DNA of 64,000 bases from the human T2T-CHM13v2.0 reference genome, Homo sapiens, in the NCBI RefSeq assembly GCF_009914755.1, contig NC_060932.1, one strand, 5' to 3'. Shown one piece after another: positions 13,888 through 24,750 of the stretch. Each line of letters starts with the position of its first letter. Position 1 is the first letter of the stretch. A model generated the notes under the pieces. That model saw only the letters and a list, made by a program, of their open reading frames with translations, was not told the DNA's origin and ran no database searches. Both the position numbers and the translations under genes were made by a program.

Positions 13888-15885
13888 TGACAGGAAGTGT
13901 GTCCAGAACACAGGGGTGCAGAAGCCCCATCCTGCTCTGTGATTTGACAGGAAGTGTGTCCAGGACACTGGGGTGTGGAAGCCCCATCCTGCTCTGTGAT
14001 TTGACAGGAAGTGTGTCCGGGACACTGGGGTGCAGAAGCCCCACCCCGCTCTGTGATTTGACAGTAAGTGTGTCCAGGACACAGGGGTGCGGAAGCCCCA
14101 TCCCGCTCTGTGATTTGACAGTAAGTGTGTCCAGGACACAGGGGTGCGGAAGCCCCATCCCTCTCTGTGATTTGACAGGAAGTGTGTCCGGGACACTGGG
14201 GTGCGGAAGCCCCATCCTTCTCTGTGATTTGACAGGAAGTGTGTCCGGGACACTGGGGTGCGGAAGCCCCATCCCGCTCTGTGATTTGACAGGAAGTGTG
14301 CCCGGGACACAGAGGTGCGGAAGCCCCATCCCTCTCTGTGATTTGACAGGAAGTGTGTCCGGGACACTGGGGTGCGGAAGCCCCATCCTTCTCTGTGATT
14401 TGACAGGAAGTGTGTCCAGTACACAGGGGTGCGGAAGCCCCATCCCGCTCTGTGATTTGACAGGAAGTGTGTCCGGGACACTGGGGTGCGGAAGCCCCAT
14501 CCTTCTCTGTGATTTGACAGGAAGTGTGTCCGGGACACAGGGGTGCGGAAGCCCCATCCCGCTCTGTGATTTGACAGGAAGTGTGTCCAGGACACTGGGG
14601 TGGGGAAGCCCCATCCTTCTCTGTGATTTGACAGGAAGTGTGTCCGGGACAATGGGGTGCGGAAGCCCCATCCTTCTCTGTGATTTGACAGGAAGTGTGT
14701 CCAGGACACTGGGGTGGGGAAGCCCCATCCTTCTCTGTGATTTGACAGGAAGTGTGTCTGGGACACAGGGGTGCGGCAGCCCCATCCCGCTCTGTGATTT
14801 GACAGGAAGTGTGTCCTGGACACTGGGGTGCGGAAGCCCCATCCCGCTCTGTGATTTGACAGGAAGTGTGTCCGGGACACAGGGGTGCGGAAGCCCCATC
14901 CCGCTCTCTGATTTGACAGGAAGTGTGTCCGGGACACTGGAGCGTGGAAGCCCCATCCTTCTCTGTGATTTGACAGGAAGTGTGTCCTGGACACTGGGGT
15001 GTGGAAGCCCCATACCGCTCTGTGATTTGACAGGAAGTGTGTCCGGGACACTGGTGTGCTGAAGCCCCATCCTTCTCTGTGATTTGACAGGAAGTGTGTC
15101 CGGGACACAGGCGTGCGGAAGCCCCATCCTTCTCTGTGATTTGACAGGAAGTGTGTCCAGGACACTGGGGTGCGGAAGCCCCATCCTTCTCTGTGATTTG
15201 ACAGGAAGTGTGTCCAGGACACGGGGGTGCAGAAGCCCCATCCTTCTCTGTGATTTGACAGGAAGTGTGTCCAGGACACAGGGATGCGGAAGCCCCATCC
15301 CGCTCTGTGATTTGACAGGAAGTGTGTCCAGGACACAGGGGTGCGGAAGCCCCATCCCGCTCTGTGATTTGACAGTAAGTGTGTCCAGGACACTGGGGTG
15401 TGGAAGCCCCATCCCGCTGTGTGATTTGACAGGAAGTGTGTCCAGTACACAGGGGTGCGGAAGCCGCATCCTTCTCTTTGATTTGACAGGAAGTGTGTCC
15501 AGGACACTGGGGTGTGGAAGCCCCACCCCGCTCTGTGATTTGACAGGAAGTGTGTCCAGGACACAGGGGTGGGGAAGCCCCATCCTTCTCTGTGATTTGA
15601 CAGGAAGTGTGTCCAGGACACTGGGGTGTGGAAGCCCCACCCCGCTCTGTGATTTGACAGGAAGTGTGTCCAGGACACAGGGGTGCGGAAGCCCCATCCG
15701 GCTCTGTGATTTGACAGGAAGTGTGTCCAGGACACAGGGGTGGGGAAGCCCCATCCTTCTCTGTGATTTGTCAGGAAGTGTGTCCAGGACACAGGGGTGC
15801 GGAAGCCCCATCCCGCTCTGTGATTTGACAGGAAGTGTGTCCGGGACACTGGGGTACGGAAGCCCCATCCCGCTCTGTGTGATTT
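13888..15885. repeat. 57-bp VNTR, about 35 highly similar copies
   Basis: Unit tgacaggaagtgtgtccgggacactggggtgcggaagccccatcccgctctgtgatt; 19-aa periodicity in the ORF track. Confidence 0.98.
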
Positions 15886-16517
15886 GCCTCCCGGCACCTC
15901 TCCCTGTGAGGTCCCACCCCACACTGCTGTGTGAGCTCAAGAGGGGCTTACAGCCTGGGCTTCTGCAGCCAGAGACTCTGGCTGGGACATGAGGGCTGCG
16001 TCCTGGGGCTAAACACAGAGCTTCATAAGTCAGGCTGGAGAAGAGGAGCGGGTCTGGGCAGGTGGGGAGAGGAGGCTCAGGCTGAGCCCCACGCAGTGGG
16101 GACGAACGGGAGACTGCTGGTGGCCACTGCCATTCCTGGAGGGCTGGGTGAGGCTGGGGGCTAGGGCTCTCCATCCACCCTCCACCCAAGCCCACTCACA
16201 AACAGGAGCTCAGGTGGCCCTGCCACCCCTGCTGGGCCCTCACCTCTGCTCCTTACTTCCCCCTCCGGGGGCCCATGCTAAAGTGCGCAGGACAGTGCAG
16301 TATACAGGAGCTTTTGATCCTCAAGTGGAGCAGCCCTGGCTTTGACTCCCAGACCCCTGTTTCCTCCGGGTCGTTGTGAGCCAGAATAGAACAGGCATCA
16401 GATGAGGGCTGTGGGCAGTCAGGAGGGGTGTCCTGTGGCACAGGGGCAGCATCTCACCCAGGCTGGGGGTACAAGGGGCTGATGTGCACACTCCTGTCCT
16501 GGGCCCCCAGGCTGGCT

Positions 16518-16662
16518 CTGGAGTGCGGCTGCCCAGGACCAACTGTGTCTCCCTGGAGTGTGGCTGCCTGGGACCAACTGTGTCTCCCTGGAGTGTGGCT
16601 GCCTGGGACCAACTGTGTCTCCCTGGAGTGTGGCTGCCCGGGACCCACTGTGTCTCCCTGGA
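16518..16662. repeat. 35-bp minisatellite, about 4 copies
   Basis: Unit ctggagtgtggctgcctgggaccaactgtgtctcc; spacing 16518 to 16553. Confidence 0.92.
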
Positions 16663-18362
16663 AGGCTGAGGCTCTGAGGTTGGGTACCATTTCCAGCAGG
16701 TGGCTGGATATCATCAGGGTATCCCACCCTGGGGCTCACTGCATCCTGGCCCTCGAGCTTGGGGCCTCTCCTCACCCACCTCACACCCCAAATCCAGTTG
16801 GATCCAAAGGACCAACTGTGAGAAAGCCATTGCGGTGGCCCGGGAGGCCCTGCGTCCCCATAGTCACTAGAGCCACCTCGACACTTGGTGCAGGTGGTCA
16901 GCTGCCCATCACCACCTGCGGGCAGAGGGAGGCCCCACCCAAGACCACCTCCCGTGGCCTCCTCCCTCCCCTCCTCCTTGCTTCCCCCACCTAACCTCCT
17001 ATCCTCTCCCCTGCCCCTCCGGTGGGGCCACTGTGGAAAACACTGGAAGTTCTGCCTCCATGCCTGCCAGGAGTCTGAGTGGGACATCCCAGTGACGTGG
17101 TCCTGATGTGCAGAGGCTGCCAGGAGGCCCTGTGCCACCCCCAAGGCTGGGGGCCCACGCCATAGCCTGGGGGGGCTCCTGCCTGCCCTGGGCTGCACCT
17201 CTCTGGCTTCTCTGGTAGCTGCTCTCCCTCCACACACCCTCTCCCCGCCGCTGTGGGTGAGTGCCTGCCGCTCACCCACCCACACACAGATCCCACCCTG
17301 AGCTCAGCCATCAAGTTCCTGCCTTCCAGGGACTGCAGGGCCCCAGGCCTCTCATTCGCAGGCCTCTGCTGGGTGGCAGGGCCCAGGGGTCGGCTTGAGC
17401 AGAAGACATGGCCCTGCAGATCAGTGGCCAAACGTGGACCTTGACAGAAGGCGAGCCCAGCGGGCAGTCTCCATATGAACACACAGCAGCAGGCGCAGAT
17501 CCTGCCTTCTCCTGTTCCTGCAGAAAGCAACGTGCTGGGACACTCAGTCCTCGGCTTCCTCCGCTTCCTGTTTTTCTGATCAGGATGTAAAGAGCTTCTT
17601 CACTGTCATACAGCTGCAAAGTATCCCTGCATCGTTATTTTTAGTCTCTTTCAATATTGTGAAATTGCTACATTGTTTTTAACATTTTAACAATCTCACT
17701 GTGAAGGAGATTGATTTCTAAACGGATAAAATAAATGATAGGAACAATGTATTCCTTGCTCTTGCATTTTTCCAAGAGGGGGACCCAGTACGGCCATAGG
17801 GGGATGTTAAAGCCAAGCCTTGAATCCCTCCGAGGGCACCGAGCTAGGGGTGGGTACAGGAGTGCCGCTGTGGAGAAAGGTCTCTGGAGAGGATGGTGCC
17901 TGGGCCCTGCCTCTAGAAATCGAAGATGGACAGTGGCAGGAGGCAGCGGGGGTGGGAGCTTGAAGGACCGTCTGAAGCTCTGCTAAGCGGAGCTAGACAG
18001 AGATCAGTCACCCTCACAAGTGGGGGACAAGAGGGACCCCCTTGGAAGAGCAAGGGAAAGGAGACTCTCCAGGGTTATGGTGGTGGGGCTGAGGGTGTCT
18101 AAGGACTAGGAAATGGAGCATAGAGGGTTCCAGGTGCAGAGCAGCATGGAGGGGAGCTGGGAGGCCAGGGAGGGTACCTGAGTGAACCACACGTGAACGA
18201 GTTAATGAACGAGCTTCTGGAACCAGGATGTGTTTCCCTCGTGGGTTCTAGGGGTGCCTGGGAGCTGCAGGACCCGTGGGAGCTGCTCCCCCTGGCCGGC
18301 CCGCCCACCCACAGCTACCTCTGAGTGCTGGATCCCAGGAAAGAAAAAGGGCTTGTACCTCA

Positions 18363-18729
<367 letters not shown>

Positions 18730-20209
18730 AGCGGAGAGTAACCCCAGGGGAGGAGAGTCTGGACTCTGCTCTAAAAACAAGCCCCTCCCTCTGCCAGACT
18801 CAGGTTCAGTGAGACAAGAGAAGGTTGGCTGCAGAGAGGGCAGGAAGGAGCTCAGAGCAGGGAAAGTGTTGCAAGGGCCAGCACATCTGCAGTCCGCATC
18901 TGCCCCAAAAGGCCCTACTCTCCCGGTATGGACACCCTACACTTGCCCCTCAGTCAGAAACACTTGCCCACCCTTCCTTATAGAAAAACTCTGCTCACCC
19001 CTCAGGCCCAGCCCCAAGGTGCCCTCCTCCCAATGCCTCCCTCATTCCAAACCCAATCTCACGGCAGGCTGCCTCCCAGAGATGGCAGTGCACAGGTCTG
19101 GATCTGACTCGAGCTGGTGTCAACACGGGGGAGGGCGTACAGAGTAGGACGCGCAGGCCCAGGACAGGGCCACACAGCCCCCCAGGACAGCAGAGCCCAT
19201 GGCCCCACCTGGGCATGATGCCAGCATGGACCCTGCCTGCCGAGCCCCGCCCCCACATGTCACCTAGGCAGGATGGAGTGTGGATGGCCAGGCATCCCCT
19301 GTCCACAACCAGCACCAAGCTCTGAGCCCAAGGCTGCCGCTGCCAAAAAGAGCCACGTGAGTCATGCAGGCCCCACCGTGAGAGGAGGCCCAGAGAACCG
19401 CTGTGTCAGAAGGGCCAGCCCCACGAGCCAGCAGAGCAGGCAAGTCCAGGCCCCAAGGCACAGAGGTCTGTGGGCAGGGAGCGGGGGTGGCCGGGCTGCC
19501 CTTCAACGGTGCCCTGGGGTGTGCGCATGGCTCAGGGAGGAAGCCTGGGCCTGGAAAGGCGGTTGAGCCCAGGGGCGCAGGTGCAGGCTCGAAAATGACC
19601 CATGCAGCTGCCATCAGGACCACCAGACCTTAGCCCTGGCCCTGGGGGACCACAGCCCTGCCCTGAAGGTCTTAGGCATCATATCTTCACCCTGGAGTGT
19701 CTGAGAGGTCATGACCTTGCCCTGGGGGCTTGAGGGAGGCTGCGTGGTGCCTGGGTGGGATGAGGGGGTGGGCTCCACATACAGAGCCCACCACGCCTAC
19801 CTGCCGGCTGTAGGCAGTGCTGGGGAACCAGGTGTCTGCCACTGCGGGTCCCCTTTCACACCTGCGCACCATCCCAGGTGGCACCTTCTGTAGGGGCTGG
19901 ACCAGACCCACTAGCCTTTCCGGGGCGGGACAGAGGGAACAGCCTCTCAGTGGCGAGCACTAAATTTAATTCAATCTGCGAATCAAATGTGCTCTGATTG
20001 TCCCTAGGTGATTCTCGCAATAAGCACTTGCCTGGGCTGGGCAGTTTGCACCTGGGCTGAAGAGGAGCTGGGCCCAGAGGGAGGCAACGTGCAAGGGCCT
20101 GGGCCCCTGTGGAGGGGAGGCGGCAGGTGGAGGCCCCTTGAGAATCCCAGTAGCGCCCTTCCTAGGAGCAGCTCCTGCAGCACTAGATTCAAGGGCCTGT
20201 AGCGGTAGC

Positions 20210-21005
20210 CGGGGCGGGGCGCGGGGGAGGTAGGGCAGCAGGAAAGCGGGGCACCAGGGAAGCGGGGCGACAGGGAGGCGGGGCGTGGGGGAGGAGGGGT
20301 GAAGATGACGGGAGGCGGTGCACGGGGGAGGCGGGGCACAGGAGAGGCGGGTCGACAGGGAGGTGGGACGCTGGGGAGAAGGGGCGAATGGGGGGCGGGG
20401 CGATGGGGAGGCGGGGTGTGGAGGAGGCGGGGCACCAGGGAAGCGGGGCGTGGGGGGAGGCGGGGCGTGAGAGAGGCTGGGCAGTGGGGGAGGCGGGGCG
20501 TGGGGGAGGCGGGGCATGAGAGAGGCGGGGCAGTGGGGGAGGCGGGGCGTGAGAGGCGGGGCAGTGGGGGAGGCGGGGCGTGGGGGAGGCGGGGCGTGGG
20601 GGAGGCGGGGCGTGGGGGAGGCGGGGCGTGGGGGAGGCGGGGCGTGAGAGAGGCGGGGCAGTGGGGGAGGCGGGGCGTGGGGGAGGAGGGGTGAAGATGA
20701 CGGGAGGCGGTGCACGGGGGAGGCGGGGCACAGGAGAGGCGGGTCGACAGGGAGGTGGGACGCTGGGGAGAAGGGGCGAATGGGGGGCGGGGCGATGGGG
20801 AGGCGGGGCGACGGGAAGTAGGGGCAGTGGGGGAGGCGGGGCATGGGGTAGACAGGTGTGGGGGAGGCGGGGCACCAGGGAAGCGGGGCGTGGGGGGAGG
20901 CGGGGCGTGAGAGAGGCGGGGCAGTGGGGGAGGCGGGGCGTGGGGGGAGGCGGGGCAGTGGGGGAGGCGGGGCAGTGGGGGAGGCGGGGCGTGGGGGAGG
21001 CGGGC
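20210..21005. repeat. G-rich CpG-containing minisatellite (about 16-17-bp unit GGGGGAGGCGGGGC(A)GT) with higher-order block duplication
   Basis: Direct read; block 20275-20415 recurs at about 20667-20808. Confidence 0.93.
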
Positions 21006-22556
21006 CGAGGGCGAGAGGGCGCAGGGAGGCGGGTGGGGGTGGGGCCACGCGCGGAGGGGCAGGGAAGGGCGGGGCGGGGCGGGGCGGGGCGGGGCTGGGG
21101 GGGACAGGCATCAGGTATGAAGAGTTTGGGGCTGGCGGGGCGTGTCCGGCTGTGGCGTGGGCACCACTATGGGACACCCTGGCTTGGCAAGTGACCTTGC
21201 AGCCTTGGCTGGGGAAGGGCTAGATGCTGGGTGGGTGCCGGTAGAGTGGAAAGAATGACAGGTTCAGGTGAATTAAGGAAGGATGGTTGACTCGGTGGCT
21301 GGGACATTAGAGACAGGTATTCCCAGCCTCAGGCGCTGTCCTAAGCCCAGCAGGTACTGACCCTTGATGGTCACCTCACCCTATGAGGGAGCTGAGGCCT
21401 GGGGAACCCAAGGGGCTAGTCCAGAACCCACAGCCGGGGGAAGGAGGAACCGGGTCTTAAACCCAGGTAGCTCACTCCAGAACCAACTCAACCTCTGTTA
21501 CAGGTGGCCGGCCAGAAAATGCCCCACCCCACCCATTGACAGTCGGGGAAACTGAGGCCTCAGTAGGTGAAGTGCCTGGCCCAAGCACCAAGGCACACAG
21601 AGACGCTCAGGCTTGACCCTGGCTCCGGACGTCCAGCCCCTGCCGCTGCCCCACCCCTCTGCTGCCCTTGGGAGAGGGGCAGCTCAGAGCCTCGACTCTG
21701 CACTCTGCATCAGCACCCCCCAAGGGCTTGGGTGGGGTCTTGAGAGGAGGGGGTGGCCTCAGGGAGCGACCTGGGCTTTCCAAGCCTCTCCCAGAGCAGC
21801 CCGTCTCTCACACAAGGCCAGAAGGCAGGTGGGTGCTGATGGCTTTCCCAGCAAGAGACCGAGGGGGCGGGCCCCCAAGAGCTCCAGAAAGCTCTCCACC
21901 GGACACCAGCAGGAACAGCACTGCAGATGGAGCAGCAGGGGCAAAGACCCGAGGTGATAGTGAGGGGCAGCCAGGAGGCCTTGGGCCTAGCAGTGTATTG
22001 CTGAGTGTGGGTGAGGAGGAGGTGAGCACGCAGCCTTAGCTTGAGGGCATTGACTGTGTTTTTACTTAAATGCTCTTAAAGGGGCCTGGGTGTGATGCTG
22101 ACTCTAGGATGACGATGCTTGGCCAGTGACCAGCAAATAGAGGGTCTGTGACCCCAAGGTCCTGTGACTATGGAGCCCAGACATGGGGTTGAGGGGTGTC
22201 AGGCATGGCCCATTCCGGGGCGAGGCTCCCTGCCCTGCACTGCAGGGCTGAGGCACTGAGCGGCAAGCCAGGCGAGGGCCAGCACCACCTTCCACCTGCC
22301 GTGGCACGGGTGCACAGGACGTTCCAAGGCCAACCACAATGACTTCTCCTTCCCCTCTGGCCCCAGATGTCCTGGAGGGAAACAACAGTCCCTGGCCTGG
22401 CGCCTGGAGCTGGGGACCAGTGTGAGGCCCATTGTTTGAGGCTGGAGCTGGTGGGGGCCACTAGGAAGCCCACGGCAATGCCCTTCATCCCACTTACCGC
22501 AGCTCCAGAGCCCTGCGGGAGGACTCAGAGTCAGGGACACAGCAGCGTCCGGCGAG

Positions 22557-22608
22557 ATGAAGGCGCTCGGGGCTGTCCTGCTTGCCCTCTTGCTGTGCGG
22601 GCGGCCAG
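22557..22608 (+). CDS. GPIHBP1: GPIHBP1 coding exon 1 (signal peptide MKALGAVLLALLLCGRPG)
   Basis: ATG at 22557 in gagATGA context; hydrophobic leader; phase-1 donor CAG|GTGCGG at 22608/22609. Confidence 0.97.
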
Positions 22609-23053
22609 GTGCGGGGCAAAGGGTAACCCTGCGGTGAGGGGGCAGCAACAGCAGTCCTGGAGCACAGGGACCTCCAGGGACCCCCAGCAGGGGCTTAGGA
22701 AGAAGGAGGGGATGAGGCTGGAGTCCCCAGCCCAGAGCAGCATGGATGGAAGCTGGCCTGGGTCCCCGAGAGTCCCCAAATATCTGCGCCCCTGTTTATG
22801 TGGGGTGCGGGGAGGGGCTACCATAAAGGGCCAGCCCACAGCAGCTGCTGTTGTAACTACAATGCCAGGGCACACTCGGCTGCAGGACAGTGAGTAGGGT
22901 GAGTAGGGTGTTCAGGGTAGGGGCCCTCCCCAGCCACCCTGGGGCCCGAGGATGGCTGGGGAGGGCCAAGGAGTTGGGGGCACGATGCTTGCCCAGAGCA
23001 GGTGTCCTCCATACCCGGGTAGCTGAGGCTTACAAGCATCCCTGCACGGCCAG

Positions 23054-23182
23054 GGAGAGGGCAGACACAGCAGGAGGAAGAGGAAGAGGACGAGGACCAC
23101 GGGCCAGATGACTACGACGAGGAAGATGAGGATGAGGTTGAAGAGGAGGAGACCAACAGGCTCCCTGGTGGCAGGAGCAGAG
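23054..23182 (+). CDS. GPIHBP1: GPIHBP1 coding exon 2 (acidic domain [26 protein letters not shown], including Tyr38)
   Basis: Acceptor ccAG at 23052-23053; donor GAG|GTATGG; 129 nt; keeps frame; acidic domain typical of GPIHBP1. Confidence 0.97.
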
Positions 23183-24244
23183 GTATGGCCGCCCCAACCC
23201 CAGAGCCCTGCTGCCTGATCTGCCTGGAGCATTCTGGGCGGGGCTGTGTGATGGAAGCCAGCAGGCCACAGTCCTGCTGTGAGCTTGCCTCCAGCAGAGT
23301 GGGGGACACTCAGTACACCCCTCACTGCTGCTCACCATGACACTCAGTTGCCTTCCAGAGTAGGGAACAGGGGAAGAAGCCACCAGCTGGGAGGGTCAGT
23401 GGTGCCAGGATGTAGAGGTTAAATAGGAGTTCACCAGGCAGAGAAGGGCTCAGTGGGGGCCTAGGGTGGAGACACAAGCACAGAGGCCCCAGGGTAGGGT
23501 TCAGTTTTGTGGGGCAGAGAGAGCAGCAGGGTGGGCCGGTCCTGTACAGGGGAGGGCTGGATTGGCTGCTGCGGGCTGGGGAGCCAGGGAACCGCTTAGA
23601 GCAGAGCAGAGTAGGGCTAAGAAGAGCCCACCCTCACTGCCCACCTGACACACCCCTACACGTGGGCCACCCTCTGCTCTCTCCCATCCCGAGAAAAGCA
23701 GAGCAAATCGCCGCATCCAACCCGAGGGCCGGCCCCTCCCTAGCCAGGGACCACAGCGTGCCCCACCACACACAGCCCCTCCCTAGCCAGGGCCCCCAGC
23801 ATGCCCCACCACACACAGCCCACCCCCCTCCCAGGAGCCCCAAGCCTGCCCTCAGCACGAGCCCTGCCCCACACACCCACGAGGTGTCCCCTGTGAGGCC
23901 CTCCTCTGCCAGGCCTGGTGCTCCTGGAGGCAGGACTGAGTCAGACCCACCTCCAGGTTTCTGTGACCACGGCAGGAGCCTGGGCAGCATTGTGGCAGGA
24001 CGTGAGTGATGATGGGAAGTTCGCCCTGCCTGACCCGCAATCCCTTGCCCCCTAAACACACAGGCTCACGCACACAGCACAGCTTACAGGACCAAGTCAG
24101 GGGTCGCCCGCCCATCTGAGCAGTGGGTGCTGGAGGCTCACCAGGCTAGGCTTTGGGAGCACAGCTGAGAACGGGGAGGTGGACAGGGACGTGGGAGGAG
24201 ACCCTGGGGGGCCCGGCCTCGGCCTGAGCCCGCCTTGTCCCCAG

Positions 24245-24358
24245 TGCTGCTGCGGTGCTACACCTGCAAGTCCCTGCCCAGGGACGAGCGCTGCAACCTG
24301 ACGCAGAACTGCTCACATGGCCAGACCTGCACAACCCTCATTGCCCACGGGAACACCG
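24245..24358 (+). CDS. GPIHBP1: GPIHBP1 coding exon 3 (N-half of Ly6/uPAR domain, [29 protein letters not shown])
   Basis: Acceptor ccttgtccccAG; donor CCG|GTAAGT; CYxC Ly6 motif; N-glycosylation sequon NLT. Confidence 0.98.
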
Positions 24359-24490
24359 GTAAGTGGGCGTGGGGCCGCAGCACACGCACCCCCAGGCGGC
24401 GGGAAAGCCAGGGGCCCGGAACAGAGCCCTGCAGAGCCACCTCAGAGACCCCGCCCATCCTCAGCACTTGTTCCCCACTCCCCTTCCCAG

Positions 24491-24750
24491 AGTCAGGCCT
24501 CCTGACCACCCACTCCACGTGGTGCACAGACAGCTGCCAGCCCATCACCAAGACGGTGGAGGGGACCCAGGTGACCATGACCTGCTGCCAGTCCAGCCTG
24601 TGCAATGTCCCACCCTGGCAAAGCTCCCGAGTCCAGGACCCAACAGGCAAGGGGGCAGGCGGCCCCCGGGGCAGCTCCGAAACTGTGGGCGCAGCCCTCC
24701 TGCTCAACCTCCTTGCCGGCCTTGGAGCAATGGGGGCCAGGAGACCCTGA
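24491..24750 (+). CDS. GPIHBP1: GPIHBP1 coding exon 4 (C-half of LU domain with CCQSSLCN, then GPI-anchor signal)
   Basis: Acceptor cccttcccAG at 24489-24490; TGA at 24748-24750; exons 52+129+114+260 = 555 nt = 184 aa plus stop; hydrophobic C-terminal tail. Confidence 0.98.

Noticed and set aside
13888-15885. CRISPR-like regular array
   Set aside because: Units are contiguous with no unique spacers, there are no cas genes, and the DNA is primate.
13736-16195. 819-aa, 724-aa, 391-aa and 302-aa overlapping ORFs
   Set aside because: The 57-bp unit is a multiple of 3 and lacks stops in several frames. ORFs on both strands with no promoter or splice context are a VNTR artefact.
19966-21177. 403-aa Pro-rich ORF and Gly/Arg-rich ORFs
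   Set aside because: Translation of the G-rich minisatellite.
24235-24750. 171-aa single ORF as the GPIHBP1 product
   Set aside because: It reads through the 132-nt intron 3, which is in frame and stop-free, and has no ATG start or signal peptide. The spliced 184-aa model fits the canonical sites.
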